Shown piece after piece: positions 27,404 through 41,852 of a stretch of DNA of 64,000 bases (position 1 is the first letter of the stretch; each line of letters starts with the position of its first letter). Below the pieces are notes generated by a model. It was not told the DNA's origin. It made no database searches and saw only the letters and a list, made by a program, of their open reading frames with translations. Both the position numbers and the translations under genes were made by a program. Origin of the DNA: Octopus vulgaris (taxonomy: Eukaryota); NCBI GenBank assembly GCA_951406725.2, contig OX597820.1, positions 42,284,001-42,348,000 of the forward strand, in the 5' to 3' direction.

Positions 27404-28544
27404 AAATACATATATGGATACATACATACGTACATGTATACATGAAAATGAGGGAGGGAAAATGAAAGAGAGAGACAGACAGAGACCGAATACATAAGTG
27501 TTTCTGTAGGGATCGAACTATACTGTTTCATATTTATTTCAACAAAACACATATTCTGAATCAATCAATCAGTATGGTTCTATGACCTGTATTTATACAG
27601 GTGTGTGATTGTGAGTATTCATTCGTTTGTGCATACATACATACATATATTACATACATACAAACATATAGCGTATGAAAATGCATACCAACAAGTCCAG
27701 ACTCAACAACACCCAGAGCCATCTTGAGTCAAGAGATGTCTTAGCCATTCGTATGACGTGCCGTACCACAGAGCTGAGAACAGCTAATCCGAGAACCATT
27801 ATTGGATATCTTATATCAATCCACACGTTGCCTCAATTACAGTGATTCTTATACACTCAGTCCCGCGTACATTGACATTTGTTTAAATTGTTGTGCCCAA
27901 CGTATATACTGAGTATGCTCAAACTGCACTCAAAGTGGATTCACGAACACCCAAATGCACTTACATATGCATACACAGATACTCACTCACACATATATGT
28001 AAGTATATATATATATGCCCTTACGTATACTATCATATGCCAACATACCTGCACGCATATATGCACTAGCAATCAAATATACATATACACAAGAGACTTT
28101 GCTATAGAAATTTAAAGGAATGACAATAGAAAAAAGGAATCTTTATATATTTACAATAAATAATATAAACTATAGAAAATGTATCGTGAACACGTCTTCC
28201 TGCTATCTACCGCTCTGTGAGCGACTGTAATACATAGTTTATTCCGATCGTATATACTTACCACACAGCTTTATGCGAATATGTGTATATGTGTAGATAT
28301 GGTTTTAAAGAAAACATGTAATGAACATCAATAAGATCCCAAACCCTTCTTTCTTAATGCCTTAAAATTGACAGCATTAGAATATAAAAGGGAAATATCC
28401 GTGGTTAAATGTATCTAGAAGATATTAAATTGTAAATTTAAGAAACTTCCTTAGACATAGAGATTGTCGATAATATGAACGTAATCCCTACATCATGATT
28501 GATTATTTTCGTCCTTATCTATATGTTTCCCACTCCGGTTATAT

Positions 28545-28750
28545 GGAACGACTAGAAGAAAGTGAAGATGCAGCTTGCTTGCTAGAAAGAGCAATCAAAT
28601 TTACCTCAATTTCACTTCTTTCCCTATAAAAAAATATAGGAAACGCTGTTAGATAATGTAACAATACATGCACCTTCAAAAGGAGAATTGGTGACGGCTT
28701 TGTTCGTTCGTTTGCCCGATCAAAATTAACGATTAATCAACAACAATAAG
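28545..28750 (+). repeat. Old interspersed repeat (GCTAGAAATAGCAGCCAAATC.. ..GGGCTAAACAACAAC family); other copies ~29160-29370 (+), ~31920-32120 (-), ~39990-40175 (+), ~44225-44395 (+)
   Basis: Recurrent GCTAGAAA(T/G)AGCAA(C/T)CAAAT and TGATCAGG..TGACCT(G/A)G..CTAAACAACAAC blocks at several loci in the window. Confidence 0.55.
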
Positions 28751-29829
28751 AACAAAAACGTAATTTAGCAGTAACTATTATTAAATATGAAACCTATAGT
28801 TATTGCTGAAAATGCGTTGCAGAGTGTTTTGAATGCTGGCATCAAAATTGTAAGTTTTATTCTCGGGCCTGGTAGCTCCTTGTGTTTTTGAGGGAAATAC
28901 TTTGCTTCATGTGGATTCATTCCGATCATGTCTTGTACTATTAGTTGCTAAAATGCCGCGAAAACCGAAATAAGCTCATAGATTTTAAATTTTAACTCAT
29001 GTTATATATAGCTTACAAAGTATTACAGAAGATGTTTCTTCGTGAAGCAAATATTCTAGTAGTTTACATAGCTATCTTAGAATAATTGCCTTTTCTAAAT
29101 TTAGTCAGTTCTGAAGAAATATTATTATCATGCGAAATATTGTGAAAATATCATCAATATGGAATGTTAATCGTTAGACGATAAGCAAGAGGTTCGGTCT
29201 CGCCACCCCCATCGCCATATACGCTAGAAATAGCAACCAAATCTTAAGAAAGGAATTACACATGAGATTATGCTGACCTAGATACATTACATCCGAAATA
29301 GAAAAATGGAATAACTATAGTCATAAATCTGCTGAATCAGGGATGACCTAGAGCAAAACAACAACACATTCTATTGCCGTGGAGCATTTTCTTTTTGCTA
29401 ATGTATAATTACATATTCTCTGTATACATGTTAAACAAGGATAGGCAAATTCACTCCTATAAGCATACACCTATATAAGCACTTAATGGAAGAGTTACTA
29501 AATTGTAGAGTCGCATGAGTCAATTTTCACTCGATTAACCACAATCATAGACAAATTTTGAAACATGGGAAATGTGTTATCTCTCATTTTACCTTGCTTG
29601 GCCTTGGATCCTCATCCCCTAATGGAATCGTAGGTACACCATTGTTACATACAAAGTATTATTAGAGTTGGCGGAAAGCACTCGTCTCTTCTCTGTCTGC
29701 CTGTCACTCTCTGCTGGGAGAAAAGCACCCCTCTCTTTCCTATCTGCTTGACTCTTTTTACTGGGAGATAAGGGGAACAAACTTCCAAAAAAAAAAAGAG
29801 TGAAAAAAAGAAAAAAGAAAGGACTGATA

Positions 29830-29960
29830 CTTCATGTATCTCGGAAGATGAAAGGCAATGTTTAACTTCGGCAGCAGTTGAATTTATAGCGCAAAGAGCC
29901 GAAACGAGTACCGCAAGCGAATTGTTTGACGCTTTAACGACTTGACCAATTCACCCCATT
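29830..29960 (-). mobile_element. SINE family D fragment
   Basis: GATGAAAGGCAATGTTTAACTTCGGCAGCAGTTGAATTTATAGCGCAAAG matches the reverse complement of the 39635 copy. Confidence 0.6.
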
Positions 29961-32879
29961 ATCTTTCATTTTTCTCTACACCTGTCCTGCCTACCGGTAT
30001 TGGTGACTATGAATCCGTATTCAAAATTCTGAAGAAGGGTAATTTTTTTCCTGGAAAAGATACAGCTGTGATATTCGCTTGTATTCTGCCAATTTATGTA
30101 TTCTTTACTAAGCTAGTAATTCGCTCTCTTTGACTTCAGCTTGTGACACAGGACCTATTTAAATATTTGGCATATGTAATATGTCAAGTTGCACCAGGGC
30201 ATGCCCACAGATTGATGAGACGGTATGGCACATGTCTACGGACCAGCCCTCCTCTTTGTCTTGTATATTTTATTCACGATTCCACCGCCTGCTATTTAAC
30301 ACATTGCTAAAGCACTTGGCAGGTAGTACTACACCTGACAAGAGCAAACTTGGGAGTAGTAACACCTAAGGTGTAACTTCATACTACTTTAGTTTTTAAA
30401 CTCCGTATATTGAGTCTCAGTACTCGATAAAATTTAATATTTTGGAAAGGACATATTTAATATTAATATTTTTAAAAGGCCATGTGTGTTTTTCTTTGAA
30501 CTACGATTAATAAAACTAAGATATATATTCACACATTTATATGATTGCACAGGTATGTGCTTCTGTTGTCTTATAAATAGACTGGAAAGTCCTGGGGTAC
30601 AAACATTTGGATTTGGAAATGTTTATGCATTTTAAAATACTATTATTAATGTAACATAAAGGAGTAGGACCTGAAAATTGAAACTGGCAACTAATATCAT
30701 TGTGAATAGCATGAATGTAGCAAGTCACCTTTAAAACACAATTAAACATTTGAATATTTGGACTCTGAACATATGCTGGAAGCAAAAGCCTGCGCTTTAA
30801 TGTTTATAGCAGTGACCAAAAATGCTGAAACTAAATTCTTCTTGCTTCCTTTTCTATATTCCTTACGATGTGAGTTCTAACCCGAAGATGGGCTTTGTAG
30901 ATGGACTGGTCCATTTCAGAGTTATATCTCCTGATCAATTAAAGCAATCCTGCAGTTTCAACAACAGTTGTAATTTGATAACGCTTGTACTTTTTTGTCA
31001 CTTAGAACAGAATACATAAATTTAGAATAAAATAATTTAAAACAAATTTCTAAAATGATGAGGAAATGTGCTTAACTCTTAATCTTCTGCAAACTCCATA
31101 ATAAGCATGTAACTAATTCTTATATTTAACAACTAGCTTAAAGCCGTCCTACAGGGCTCTTCATTGAGCCTTGGGTCTAACAATGACACTTCATGCATTG
31201 GGTACATATTAAATTTTATCAAACTTGAGCAATATTTTTCAAACAATGAACAATTTTCATAAAAACCATGATATAATGTGTCAACTTGGAACTTATTACA
31301 AAGCTGCGTGATAAACAGTTTTGTCTTCCCATTCAGGGGTCAGTAAATTTTTCTTCAGTCTAACATCTTTCTTTCTTTCTCCTACCTTCGTCTGATTGTT
31401 TCCAACCATGACCATCACCAGTACCACCACCATCGCCACAAAAGCTGCCATACACACACCATTCAGAATTCTGACGCCATCACCATCAATACTTTTGACT
31501 TCGCCGCCTTCCTCCCCACCACTGTCATACACTTCGCTTAATTTCACATTTGTCCGTGACTGCTTCAGCTACTATCACCACCCCACCCCCACCACAATCA
31601 TCACCGTCGCCTCCGCCTCTATCACAACTACAGCTCATTCTAAAACTATCACCCCATTACCATCACAACCGTCAATCTACTGCCGTTTCTATGCCTACTA
31701 TTACTCTCACACCAACATGAGCAATAGTAAGAGTGTGAATGAATAATGAGAGAGGAGGTCGAAGTGTGACACACCGACACACAGAAATTAGTTTTTGCAT
31801 TTATTATATTAGATGGGATTATATTTGATGTGAAAGAAGGCAAAATATTATATGTTCCCCGGAGGTTGTGTATATATGAATAAGGGTGCCATCAATAAGC
31901 TCAGTCAGCCTACTACTATTATTTTAGTTTTTTGATCTTAGCCCAACAGTCATCGGGTGCAGTCATGATCAGTGGCATTTCTGCTGTAACCATCTTGTCT
32001 GTTTAAATACGACTATATTATACTGTCAGTTTAGTGTATCCTCTCAGTTTAGTTCGTAGGGTTTGCTTTGAGGGAGATTTTGTGTTATATCCAGGAGATT
32101 GAATGAACGTAGTGAGGGATCACTTATTACTATATGCAATCTCCGGGTGCATATAATATTCTGTCTTCTTTTCCATCAAATATCAACCCGTTATTAAATA
32201 TAAGTATTACATGTTTATCATGGAGTTTGCAGAAGATTGAATGTTAAGCACGTTTCCTCGTAATTTTAGAAATTGGTTTGAAATTATTTTATTCTACGTA
32301 CATATATTCTGTCCTTAGTGAAAAAGATACGAACTTCATCAAATTACAACTGCTGTCGAAACCGCTGGACTGTGTTAATTGATCAGGAGACATAACTCTG
32401 AAATGTATCAGTCCATCTACATGTAAATAGGCATCATGTTGAGATACAATTTATTGCTCTTTTTTTAAAAAGATCTCTATAATTATTAAGTTCTGTTAAT
32501 TTGGATTACTACACGATATATATACACATTCACATCCCATCAGATACAGAGACTCACCATCCTAGACATATGCATACATAAACTAATAGATATATACGTG
32601 CGTACATGCATACCATATACATGCATGCATATTATCAGCACAAATTCTGCGAGAGAATGCAGAGGAAGATTGCAATATGCACGTTTCAATTATAGTTCAC
32701 AGAAGCGAAAGGGGGGCATGAAGTATTTCCTTTATATGACTATGAATAGGCTTTCTCGCCATCGCAAAGACTACAAAAACAATAACTAAATTTCATAAAA
32801 GCGCCTTACGGCCGAAAACTCGGAGTGCATCTCAAAAGCAGAGTCTATGTATCTATGCGTGTATGCATATATATATATG

Positions 32880-32921
<42 letters not shown>

Positions 32922-32946
32922 CATATACATACACATACACACACAC

Positions 32947-33018
<72 letters not shown>

Positions 33019-33036
33019 ACATATATATATATATTT

Positions 33037-33069
<33 letters not shown>

Positions 33070-33271
33070 GATGTATATATGTATGTATATATATATGTAT
33101 ATATGTACATAATTCTCTATGTATATATTTATATATATATATTGAAGAGGTTGAAAGACGCAACAAAAATAAATAAATAAATAAATGAGTGGGAATGACT
33201 CATAATAATTATAAATATATATTTACACACACATACACATGCACAAATACACACATACACATACACACACT

Positions 33272-33309
<38 letters not shown>

Positions 33310-33310
<1 letters not shown>

Positions 33311-33858
33311 CTTTTACTCTTTTACTCGTTTCAGCTATGCCGCTACGATCATGCTGGATCAACACCGTGGTCTTCCTGATTTCCTCTGGCTGGAGTGTTT
33401 GTCATCACTACTCCTGTATGTAACTTTGTCTCAGCTGTTGGCCCAGTTGATGTATAAGGGACTTTGATTCTTCTGCCCTCGTCTACACTTCATTTCGGGT
33501 TGTTGGTTCATCCAGTATTGTGGAGAGTGTGATGTCTAGTTCCTTTTTGAAGACATCTACTTCCACGTTAAGTACATTTCAAAATTTTTGTGGCTTGTTA
33601 TTGAAGAGCTGTGGGCCTTGAACCCTAGTCTATGCCAGTAACTGGTCCTGAATTTTGATGGAGTGAATGGTACATTTGGGACAATACAATGGTGGCCAGT
33701 TCTAGCATTTCTACAACACTCAATGCCGAAATTAGGTACGAGCCCTTCTAGAGTTTTCCACATGTAGATTATTACATATCTGTCACGCCTTCGCTCCAGG
33801 GAGAACAGTTGCAGTTTTATCAGCCTATCCCCGTAGCTCATCTGCTACACTGTTTCAA
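33310..33858 (-). mobile_element. CR1/L2-group LINE 3' fragment
   Basis: MSYGDRLIKLQLFSLERRRDRYVIIYMWKTLEGLVPN..DVFKKELD..ILDEPT..SKSLIHQ. 3' end GCTGAAACGAGTAAAAGAGTAAAAGA. Confidence 0.85.
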
Positions 33859-33893
33859 TCTATTTAGTGTAGTGTGTGTGTGTGTGTGTGTGC

Positions 33894-33943
<50 letters not shown>

Positions 33944-33945
<2 letters not shown>

Positions 33946-34348
33946 GCGCAGGAATGATTGTGGTAAGTAGCTTGCATACCAACCGCATGGTTCCGGGTTG
34001 AATCCCATTTGGCAAGTGTCTTCTACTACAGCCTCGGGCCGACCAAAGCCTCCTGAGTGGATTTGGTTGACGGAAACTGAAAGATACCTGTCGTATATAT
34101 TTATATAAATGTGTGTGTCTGTGTCCGTGAGTATATATGTTTCTATGTGTGTTTATCCTCCTCCATCGCTTGACAACCAATGCTGGTGTGTTTACATCCC
34201 CGTCACTTAGCGGTTCAGCAAAATGTACCGATGGAATAAGTATTAGGTTTGCAAATAATAAGTCTTAGGGTTGATTTCTTCGATTAAGGGCGGTGCTCCA
34301 TCATGACCGTAGTCAAATGACTGAAACAAATAAAAGTGTAAAAGCGTA
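33944..34348 (+). mobile_element. SINE family A copy
   Basis: AGGCGCAGGAATGATTGTGGTAAGTAGCTTGCATACCAACCGCATGGTTCCGGGTTGAATCCC..GTCAAATGACTGAAACAAATAAAAGTGTAAAAG. Confidence 0.92.
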
Positions 34349-36055
34349 ATATATATATATATATATAAATATCTTTGTGTATCTGTTTATGAGATTTATC
34401 TTTGGCCTCACACCAGATTACAACCGGTGCTGGTTTGTTGACGCCTGTAAGCACTGAAGTCAACTAATTCCACGTAACGACACCACAATCCAAGAAGAGA
34501 ACAAGAAAGCCAGTTTAATCAGTTGCTCACATTTCTTGGGAATATCTATTGTACATATTTCAGTTTTGAATCAAGAAAAATTGTTAAATGTGTAAACACA
34601 GATTTGGTTAGTATCTATGTTAGAAATCACTTTCTTTTTATTATGATAGAGTCTGATGTCTATTCATACTTTTTCAGTTTTATCACTATTGTTCTTTTGA
34701 AATATGAATGTTTTTGTTTTTTGTTTTCGTTTTGCTTTGCGCGTTTGATATATTTCCTTAATATTATAGATACGATATCAATTGCCAATAATTCCCATAA
34801 CCAGTATTGTGTGACGTTATCTAAAGCTCTCTCATGATAAATCCATGACAGAATTGGATTGCCTTCTGTTCTCTTAACTTCGAACGTGTTCGATAAACCA
34901 GATTTTTTTTTCTTTACATCCACATAGGGGTTGCTAAAGCTCCTTGTTATCCTAAGGTAAAATATTATCCTGTGATTTTCAGTTGAATTGTTGAAGAATA
35001 TAAATATATTGTCGTACATTCTTGACAGGCCAGTTTTCGTTTTGTCCTTTGCTTTCAAGTTTAACTATTTATTTCCTTTTGCATGTGAAACAGTTTCCTG
35101 TCCATTAAATGAATGTTTATTGTAAGCTCGCTGCAAATTCATTGCGTAAACGCGCTAAATATGTCAAACAGCAAGTATATCACATTTTCTTATTATCATT
35201 TTACTCTAGTATGAGAGTTGCAAACCTGGGCTGGCCGCATATCTGTGAAAAGTAGATTGTATTTTCAATGTATGTGACAAAGAGGGAAAATATATATCGT
35301 ATACAATCGAATTTCAGAATAAAATTATTAACAAATTATTAAAAACAACTTTCCCTTAATGAGCACACCAGAAACGTTTTAATTCTACATATGTAAATTT
35401 GACATAGAACCAAAAATTGTAAGCATTCTATTTGCAGTAGCTGTTTTCGGTTCCCCCTTTACAATCAAGATATAATTTTGGAATCATTTGAATCCGAAGG
35501 CAAATCTGCGGATCGCCACCAACAGGAAAGGACCGCATTTTGATAAAGACGTGAATGAGAAGGAAAAATCAAAGAAACTATTAAACTGTGTGTTCAAACG
35601 TTTCATAATTGCAGAGTGTAGCATTTCATAGTGAGATAAATTGTATATCTTTCTTCTGAAAATAATAATTGAAATTTGATCCCTGTTTGTGTGTGTGTGG
35701 TTCAATTAAAAACAGAAATTGTTTTAAAATTAAGATTTCGTCATCGAAATCTGTATCAATTTTTTATTGGGTGTATTGTTTTTAATAGGTACAGTAAAAT
35801 TTTAATATAGTTAAAAACCTACGTTTTTGACAGTCAAAATATCTCATTTTCTTGTTTCAGTTTTAATTTATGTTTCAATTTATGTTTTTCTCTATGACCT
35901 TTCAAATATTCGTTTGATATATTGTAAAAGATATAAATATATTTTAAGAAATGTTGCCAGATTTTGCAGCAGCTACATTCGAAATCTTGATGCAGAGGCA
36001 TTAGGAATTCTAATCCTGACCTCTAAACTGATATCTATTTTGAAAATGAATATTG

Positions 36056-36104
<49 letters not shown>

Positions 36105-36276
36105 GAGACAGAAAGACAGAAATAGAGAAAGAGAGTGAGTGACAGAAACACAGTGAGAGAGAGAGTGGCAGAGGTAGTTACAGATAGTGAGCCAGAAAAA
36201 GAGAGACCAAGAGCGGGAGAGAGAGAGAGAAAAACGTAAGAACGTACAAATTAGCATAAATTGCAATAAATATAGG

Positions 36277-36486
36277 TTTCAAATTTAAGAACAAGGTCAG
36301 CAACTTTGGAGGAGTGGGTAAGTCGATTACTTCTACCCCCGTGCTCGACGTACGCTTATTTTCTCGAAACTGAAAGAATGAAAGGAAAAAAATCAACATC
36401 GGTGGAACCCAGAACGTAACGATGAAAGAAACGTAGATTAAGAATTTTGCTTGGCGTGCTAAAGATTCTGTCAGCACGTCGCCTTA
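36277..36486 (-). mobile_element. SINE family D copy
   Basis: Reverse complement begins AAGGCGACGTGCTGACAGAATCTTTAGCACGCCAAGCAAAA and ends GACCTTGTTCTTAAATTTGAAACC. Confidence 0.8.
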
Positions 36487-37111
36487 TAAATTACAATAAA
36501 TAATAAATAAGCTGAAATATGAAATGGAATTTCGAGAAATAGGAAATAACCAGTTGACATAGTGAATTTTGTTACATAGAAAACACTAGTTGTACAAAGA
36601 TGAACAAGTATTCGCACAAATAGACCCGTATATAAAACATAAAAACATACATAGCCACATATGTATACATATATATCTATGTAAGCACTCATAGAGAATT
36701 ATATATGCATACACACACACATATACATGTGTATTTATGTATGTATGTATGTATGACACACGCATTGATGCGAATGTATCGTTGAATTAATATAAAAGCA
36801 ACTAAAGGAGAAAACTTTAGTCGACATTAGGAACATTAGATAATTTTTATCCCTTCTTTCTTTCTATATCTCCTTCTAAGTTTTCACACTTTCTTTGTTT
36901 TTGTTTCTGTTTTAATCAAGAGAGATACTCTATTAAATCTTTATCATATAATCATCAGCCGAATTCATACAGCTTTCCTGCTTTTAGATGGATTCTGTTT
37001 CTATATCTCCAACAATTTCTGCCATCTTATGCTTCATGCTTCCACAACGTTGGACTGATAAAACAGCAAAGTGAATACAAAAGTTAGTTAGAACTGGAGG
37101 GAGAGTGACAG

Positions 37112-37146
<35 letters not shown>

Positions 37147-37876
37147 TGTATGTATGTATGTATGTATACATATATGTATGTATTGAGGGAGAGAGAGAAA
37201 GAGAGACAGAGAGGAAAAGGGAGAGAAAGCGAGAGATAAAAGGCGATAGAGAGGGAGAGAGATACAGACAGTTGATAGAAATGGAAAATGTGAGAGATAG
37301 AGGGTTGAAGAAAATGTGAGTGAGAGACATTTTACACAGAACGTGGTGTTTCTTCTATCAACGGATGAATAAAAGAGAGAAAGAGATATAGAGCGATAGA
37401 TACAGAGATACGGATAGAGTGATAAAGGGAGAGGCTTTAGATAGACAAACAAATAGAAAGGAGAGTAAATATATCTCTTGAGAGAAAATAAAGAAATTGA
37501 AAGTATGGAGTGTAAAGGGAGATAGTTGAGAGAAAAGAAGAGTTTTAAGCTGTAAAGTAGGAACGGAATATATGAATAAACGAACGAGAAAAGGAGAGTA
37601 ATTGAGAACGACTAAGAACGAGGAAATATATAGAAGGTGAAGAAAAGAGACAGATATCGGTAGAGAGAGAGGAAGGGAGAGACCGAGAGAGACAGAGAAA
37701 GACAGGGATAAAAAGACAGCAATAAAGAAAACATTGTTGACGTGGGCTTAGAGAAAGTTGTAGTAGAATTGTGGTGGGGGTACATAAGCATGCGGTGGAT
37801 GAGAAACAAGATACAGTTACACCCCCGAAACGTACACGCATACATACATACATACATACATACATACATACATACA

Positions 37877-37908
<32 letters not shown>

Positions 37909-38794
37909 CATATAGATATATATATATATACACACTTATATATACATGTATGTATGTATGTGTGTGTGCGTGTGTCTGTGTGTCTTTGTGTATGCGTATG
38001 TATGTATATCTATGTATATATGAAGATAGAGAAACAGAAAAGAGAGGGAGAGTTAGAGAGACGAGTGTTATGACAGCGAGAGGAGTGAGGGCATGTGCGC
38101 GTGTGTGTGAGTGAGAAGTTGGAAACCGTTAGCTGGAAGCGCCTACACAAAGGAAATAAAATAGAAACAAATAACACAAAAATATAGTAAAAGTACTTCT
38201 AATATAAACCGATTATAAAGACTTAATTTAGATATTTCAACCTTGTGTTTCTTTTTTCTTTTTATTTTTGCAAATTAGCTTAGAGATTTCAATTATAAAG
38301 TATCCAAACACTAATAGCTTAGCGTTGCATTTCTTCAAGCATATGGTTCTTAAATTCTAAGACCGAGAGAATGTTTCGTGTTGGGGAGAAGGAGTTGAAA
38401 GAAAGTGGTTGTGAGCAAAAGTATGACAGTAATGAAGCCTAACCTATGCTATTTCATGGAAATGTTTCATTATGACTGTTAGCGGATGAAAATAAAATGA
38501 TTAAGAAAAGTAGTAACAGTTGCAGATTTGAATTTTTTGTCTTTGGCCATGGTGGGATAAATTTAAAACATTGACTCTAATATAGTTTGAACCCAGCACG
38601 TAAATGGATGTAATAGTGTTTTATGACTTAGATTAAAAAACATAGTCGATGTAACTAACGTTGATACATTGGAGGATTTGGAGTGGTATTGTACTATATA
38701 TATACTCCTCAAGGAGGGCTGATGGTTTTGGCCCCGGCACTAAAGGGCTAAAAGAAATACTGCAAATCACTTTTCCCTTAGAAAAAGCTGTAAA

Positions 38795-38950
38795 ATTGGC
38801 TTCAAATTTTTGCACTAGGGCAGCAAGTTCGAAAGGATAACAAGACAAAATCGACCATGGCAGAATTTGAATTCAGAACGTAAGGTCGGACTAAATGCAA
38901 CGTTGCATTTTGTTCGGCGTGATAACGATTATGTCACTTTGTCACCTTAG
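38795..38950 (-). mobile_element. Internally deleted SINE family D copy
   Basis: TTCAAATTTTTGCACTAGGGCAGCAAG..AAAATCGACCATGGCAGAATTTGAATTCAGAACGTAAG. Confidence 0.6.
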
Positions 38951-39268
38951 AAATGTCCCTGATATTGCAATATACGATAACACTGTCACGCTAATGATTT
39001 TTGACAGAGATAATAGTCCAGATATTCTATTATTAGCTGGGTTCGATTTAATAATAATTTTGATGATTCTTCTTCGATCGACGTTGGATAAAATTTTAGT
39101 CAGGTGGGAAGGCAGTTCCCACGAAAATAGTAGTCTTTTGGAACTGGAAAGTAGAAGGGTAAGAAGACATAGTCTTCAAACCAGGTACTTGCTACGAATG
39201 CTCGCAGCAGACTAAACATTAGTTAAGGCAGTCTAGGTGTGAATTGGCATTTACACTATAACACCGTA

Positions 39269-39323
39269 TAGCAACACAACGTCACACCACAATTAGCAAC
39301 ACAACGTCACACCACAATTAGCA
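39269..39323. repeat. Perfect 25-bp tandem duplication
   Basis: TAGCAACACAACGTCACACCACAAT x2 + TAGCA. Confidence 0.9.
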
Positions 39324-39634
39324 TACAATACATACCACATATCATACCAGGACATATCACATTCAACTCGATACGCCAAACAATAAGTAAAGTAATTTAA
39401 TGCATCTCCGTCTATTCAGATGAGTAGGGGGCTTGAGTTGTCCGATCAAGTGAATCAACATGCTAGCTAAATTGAATTAGTGTATGATGAATCCAGTCAT
39501 AGTTTTAACTTGACTATCAAGTAGCATCAAAGTGACGCAATACGTGACAAAGCTCTAGGTCTTAATTATATATAGAAAGCTTTCGAGAGCTTTCTGTTAA
39601 GTTTTCTTCTACGTAATGTTACTTACAAGGCGCA

Positions 39635-39850
39635 GGGCGGCGAGCTGGCTGAATCGTTAACATGCCAGACAAAATGCTTAGCGACATTTCGCCTGTCTTT
39701 TCGTTCTGAGTTCAAATTCCGTGAGGCTGACTTTGTCTTTCATACCTTTCGAGGTCAATAAAACAAGTACCAATTACACACTGGAGTAGATGCAATTGAC
39801 GTTAACCTCTTCCCCGAAAAGTATGGCCTGCCACCAAAGTTTAAGACTAA
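39635..39850 (+). mobile_element. tRNA-derived SINE family D with Nin-like central domain
   Basis: GGCGGCGAGCTGGCTGAATCGTTAAC..GAGTTCAAATTCC (B box), then GTCTTTCATACCTTTCGAGGTCAATAAAACAAGTACCA resembling the Nin-domain consensus. Confidence 0.85.
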
Positions 39851-41800
39851 TATTACTCACAATGCTTGGGCTGATCCGAGGTAATTGTAAAAAACATCCC
39901 TCCACCCACGACAATTTCAACACCTTTGTCATTGCGAAGCGACATTCTTAAATTTTCGGCGATGTAGCGTATACACTACACGTAACATAAACCTTCTACC
40001 TGTTGACCCTCTGTGTAGCCATTTGAGCTGCTATAGCCAAATATCCCAGAGCTACTTTAAAAAGACAGGAGATTTTGCGATACACTATGAATTAATATTT
40101 GGTGGATGGTCTCGTCTGGAACGCTTTCATCATAGCTTTCCTTAAACATTGTTCACACGCAGCTAAACAACAACCAGTTTCAACTATTCACCAAAAATTC
40201 TCTATGACAAAACACGCTGTATCAACTGCACAATGTATCATACAATAGGCCTACTTAGCAAGGGTTGACCTGAGGCAAAGCAAGAACAAACCCGGCAAGA
40301 ATGAATGGCAAAGTCAATAGAAGCGGGATTTGAATAAAGAGCGAAGCGAAATGTAACCAAATACCGGAAGGTATTTTCGCTGTCGTTTTCCCGATACTTC
40401 CTTCCATCGCCTTCCATAGTATGAACGTTATTTTTTTTTATTTGCCACTTGGACGACACAAATGCAACAAAATATTCATATAAACTGGAGAAGACAAACA
40501 CTTTGGGGTGTATATATTTGGATAAAAATTACAAAATAGACAACGTAAATAAACAGTTTAATGTTTATATACCTATACACATATGCACGCAGACATGCAT
40601 ACACATATATGCTTTCATACATACATATACCTAATATGTATACTAACACATATGTGTCTGTGTATGTATATGTACATATACTTACATACATCCAACCGTT
40701 CATCCATCCACGGGAGCATACCTACATACACAGATACAGGGAGAGTCACAATTCCCTTTAACAGACATGCAACTAGACGCGCGGGCACACACATGTCTGT
40801 GTAAGAATATGGTTAATTTCAAGATGGTTCATTGATTCTGGCGAGTTGTGTTCTTCAGTATGTTCCTTATTTTACGAGTGTTCAGGTTTACACACCGGTA
40901 ACATGAACAAGCTAAAAGGTCAGTTAACCTTATTTTGTTCCACCTGTCAGAATATGGATTCTCGGCTGGTTTCCGTGTTTTGAGGGCCGAATGTGAGTAT
41001 ATCTGTGTGTGTTTCTGTGTATGTGTATGTGTATGTGTGTGTAATCGTGAATACATATACACTTAAAAGAATTATGCAATTCATGATAGCTATTTCCAAG
41101 TCCCCCTCGATTGCATGTGACGGCCGCAGTACACATACATGTACCTGTGTTTTTGAATGTGTGTCTGTGTGTATGCTTATGTTTGTATATATTATACAAG
41201 ATGAACAGATCAGTTGTTGAGTTTGGAGTGCAACTGTTGTGCAAAATTTAAATAATTAGTAATGTGCCATATTTTGTTTTCCTTTAATAAATTTAAGGAA
41301 ATAATATGTACGTTATATTGCTGGATAGCAAAGACATCGGCAACAACTGCGAAAAGGGAATCCAAGATATAAATGGTTAGTGTTCTTGCAATGAAAATAC
41401 AAGTCACTGTGACGTCGAGAAGAGTGGATCCAAAATGTTTCTGGTGTGTAAAGACACTTCACGCAAGAATTTGGGGGAAATGTCTATTATTGGTGCGTGT
41501 GTGCAAACCTATCTATGAGTAATAATATATGTTTTCCTCAAGACACTCCACATAGGAAGCAATGGAGATGCAGCACGGAATCTTTAACAAAGTACCTATT
41601 GCAGAACTACACCAGCTAAAGGGAGGCCCTAGTATTGAACTAATTAATATTATTTATAAAAAGAATAACAAATATATATTTGCATATGCACACGTATACA
41701 TACACCACTTTCTCGTACATAGGTACACACAATCATTTATCCAGAAACACATTTCTATTCATATTCAGACGCATGCGCGCGCACACACACACATTTGTGC

Positions 41801-41852
<52 letters not shown>

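Noticed and set aside
39269-39323. CRISPR-like repeat
   Set aside because: Adjacent tandem duplication without spacers, in eukaryotic DNA.
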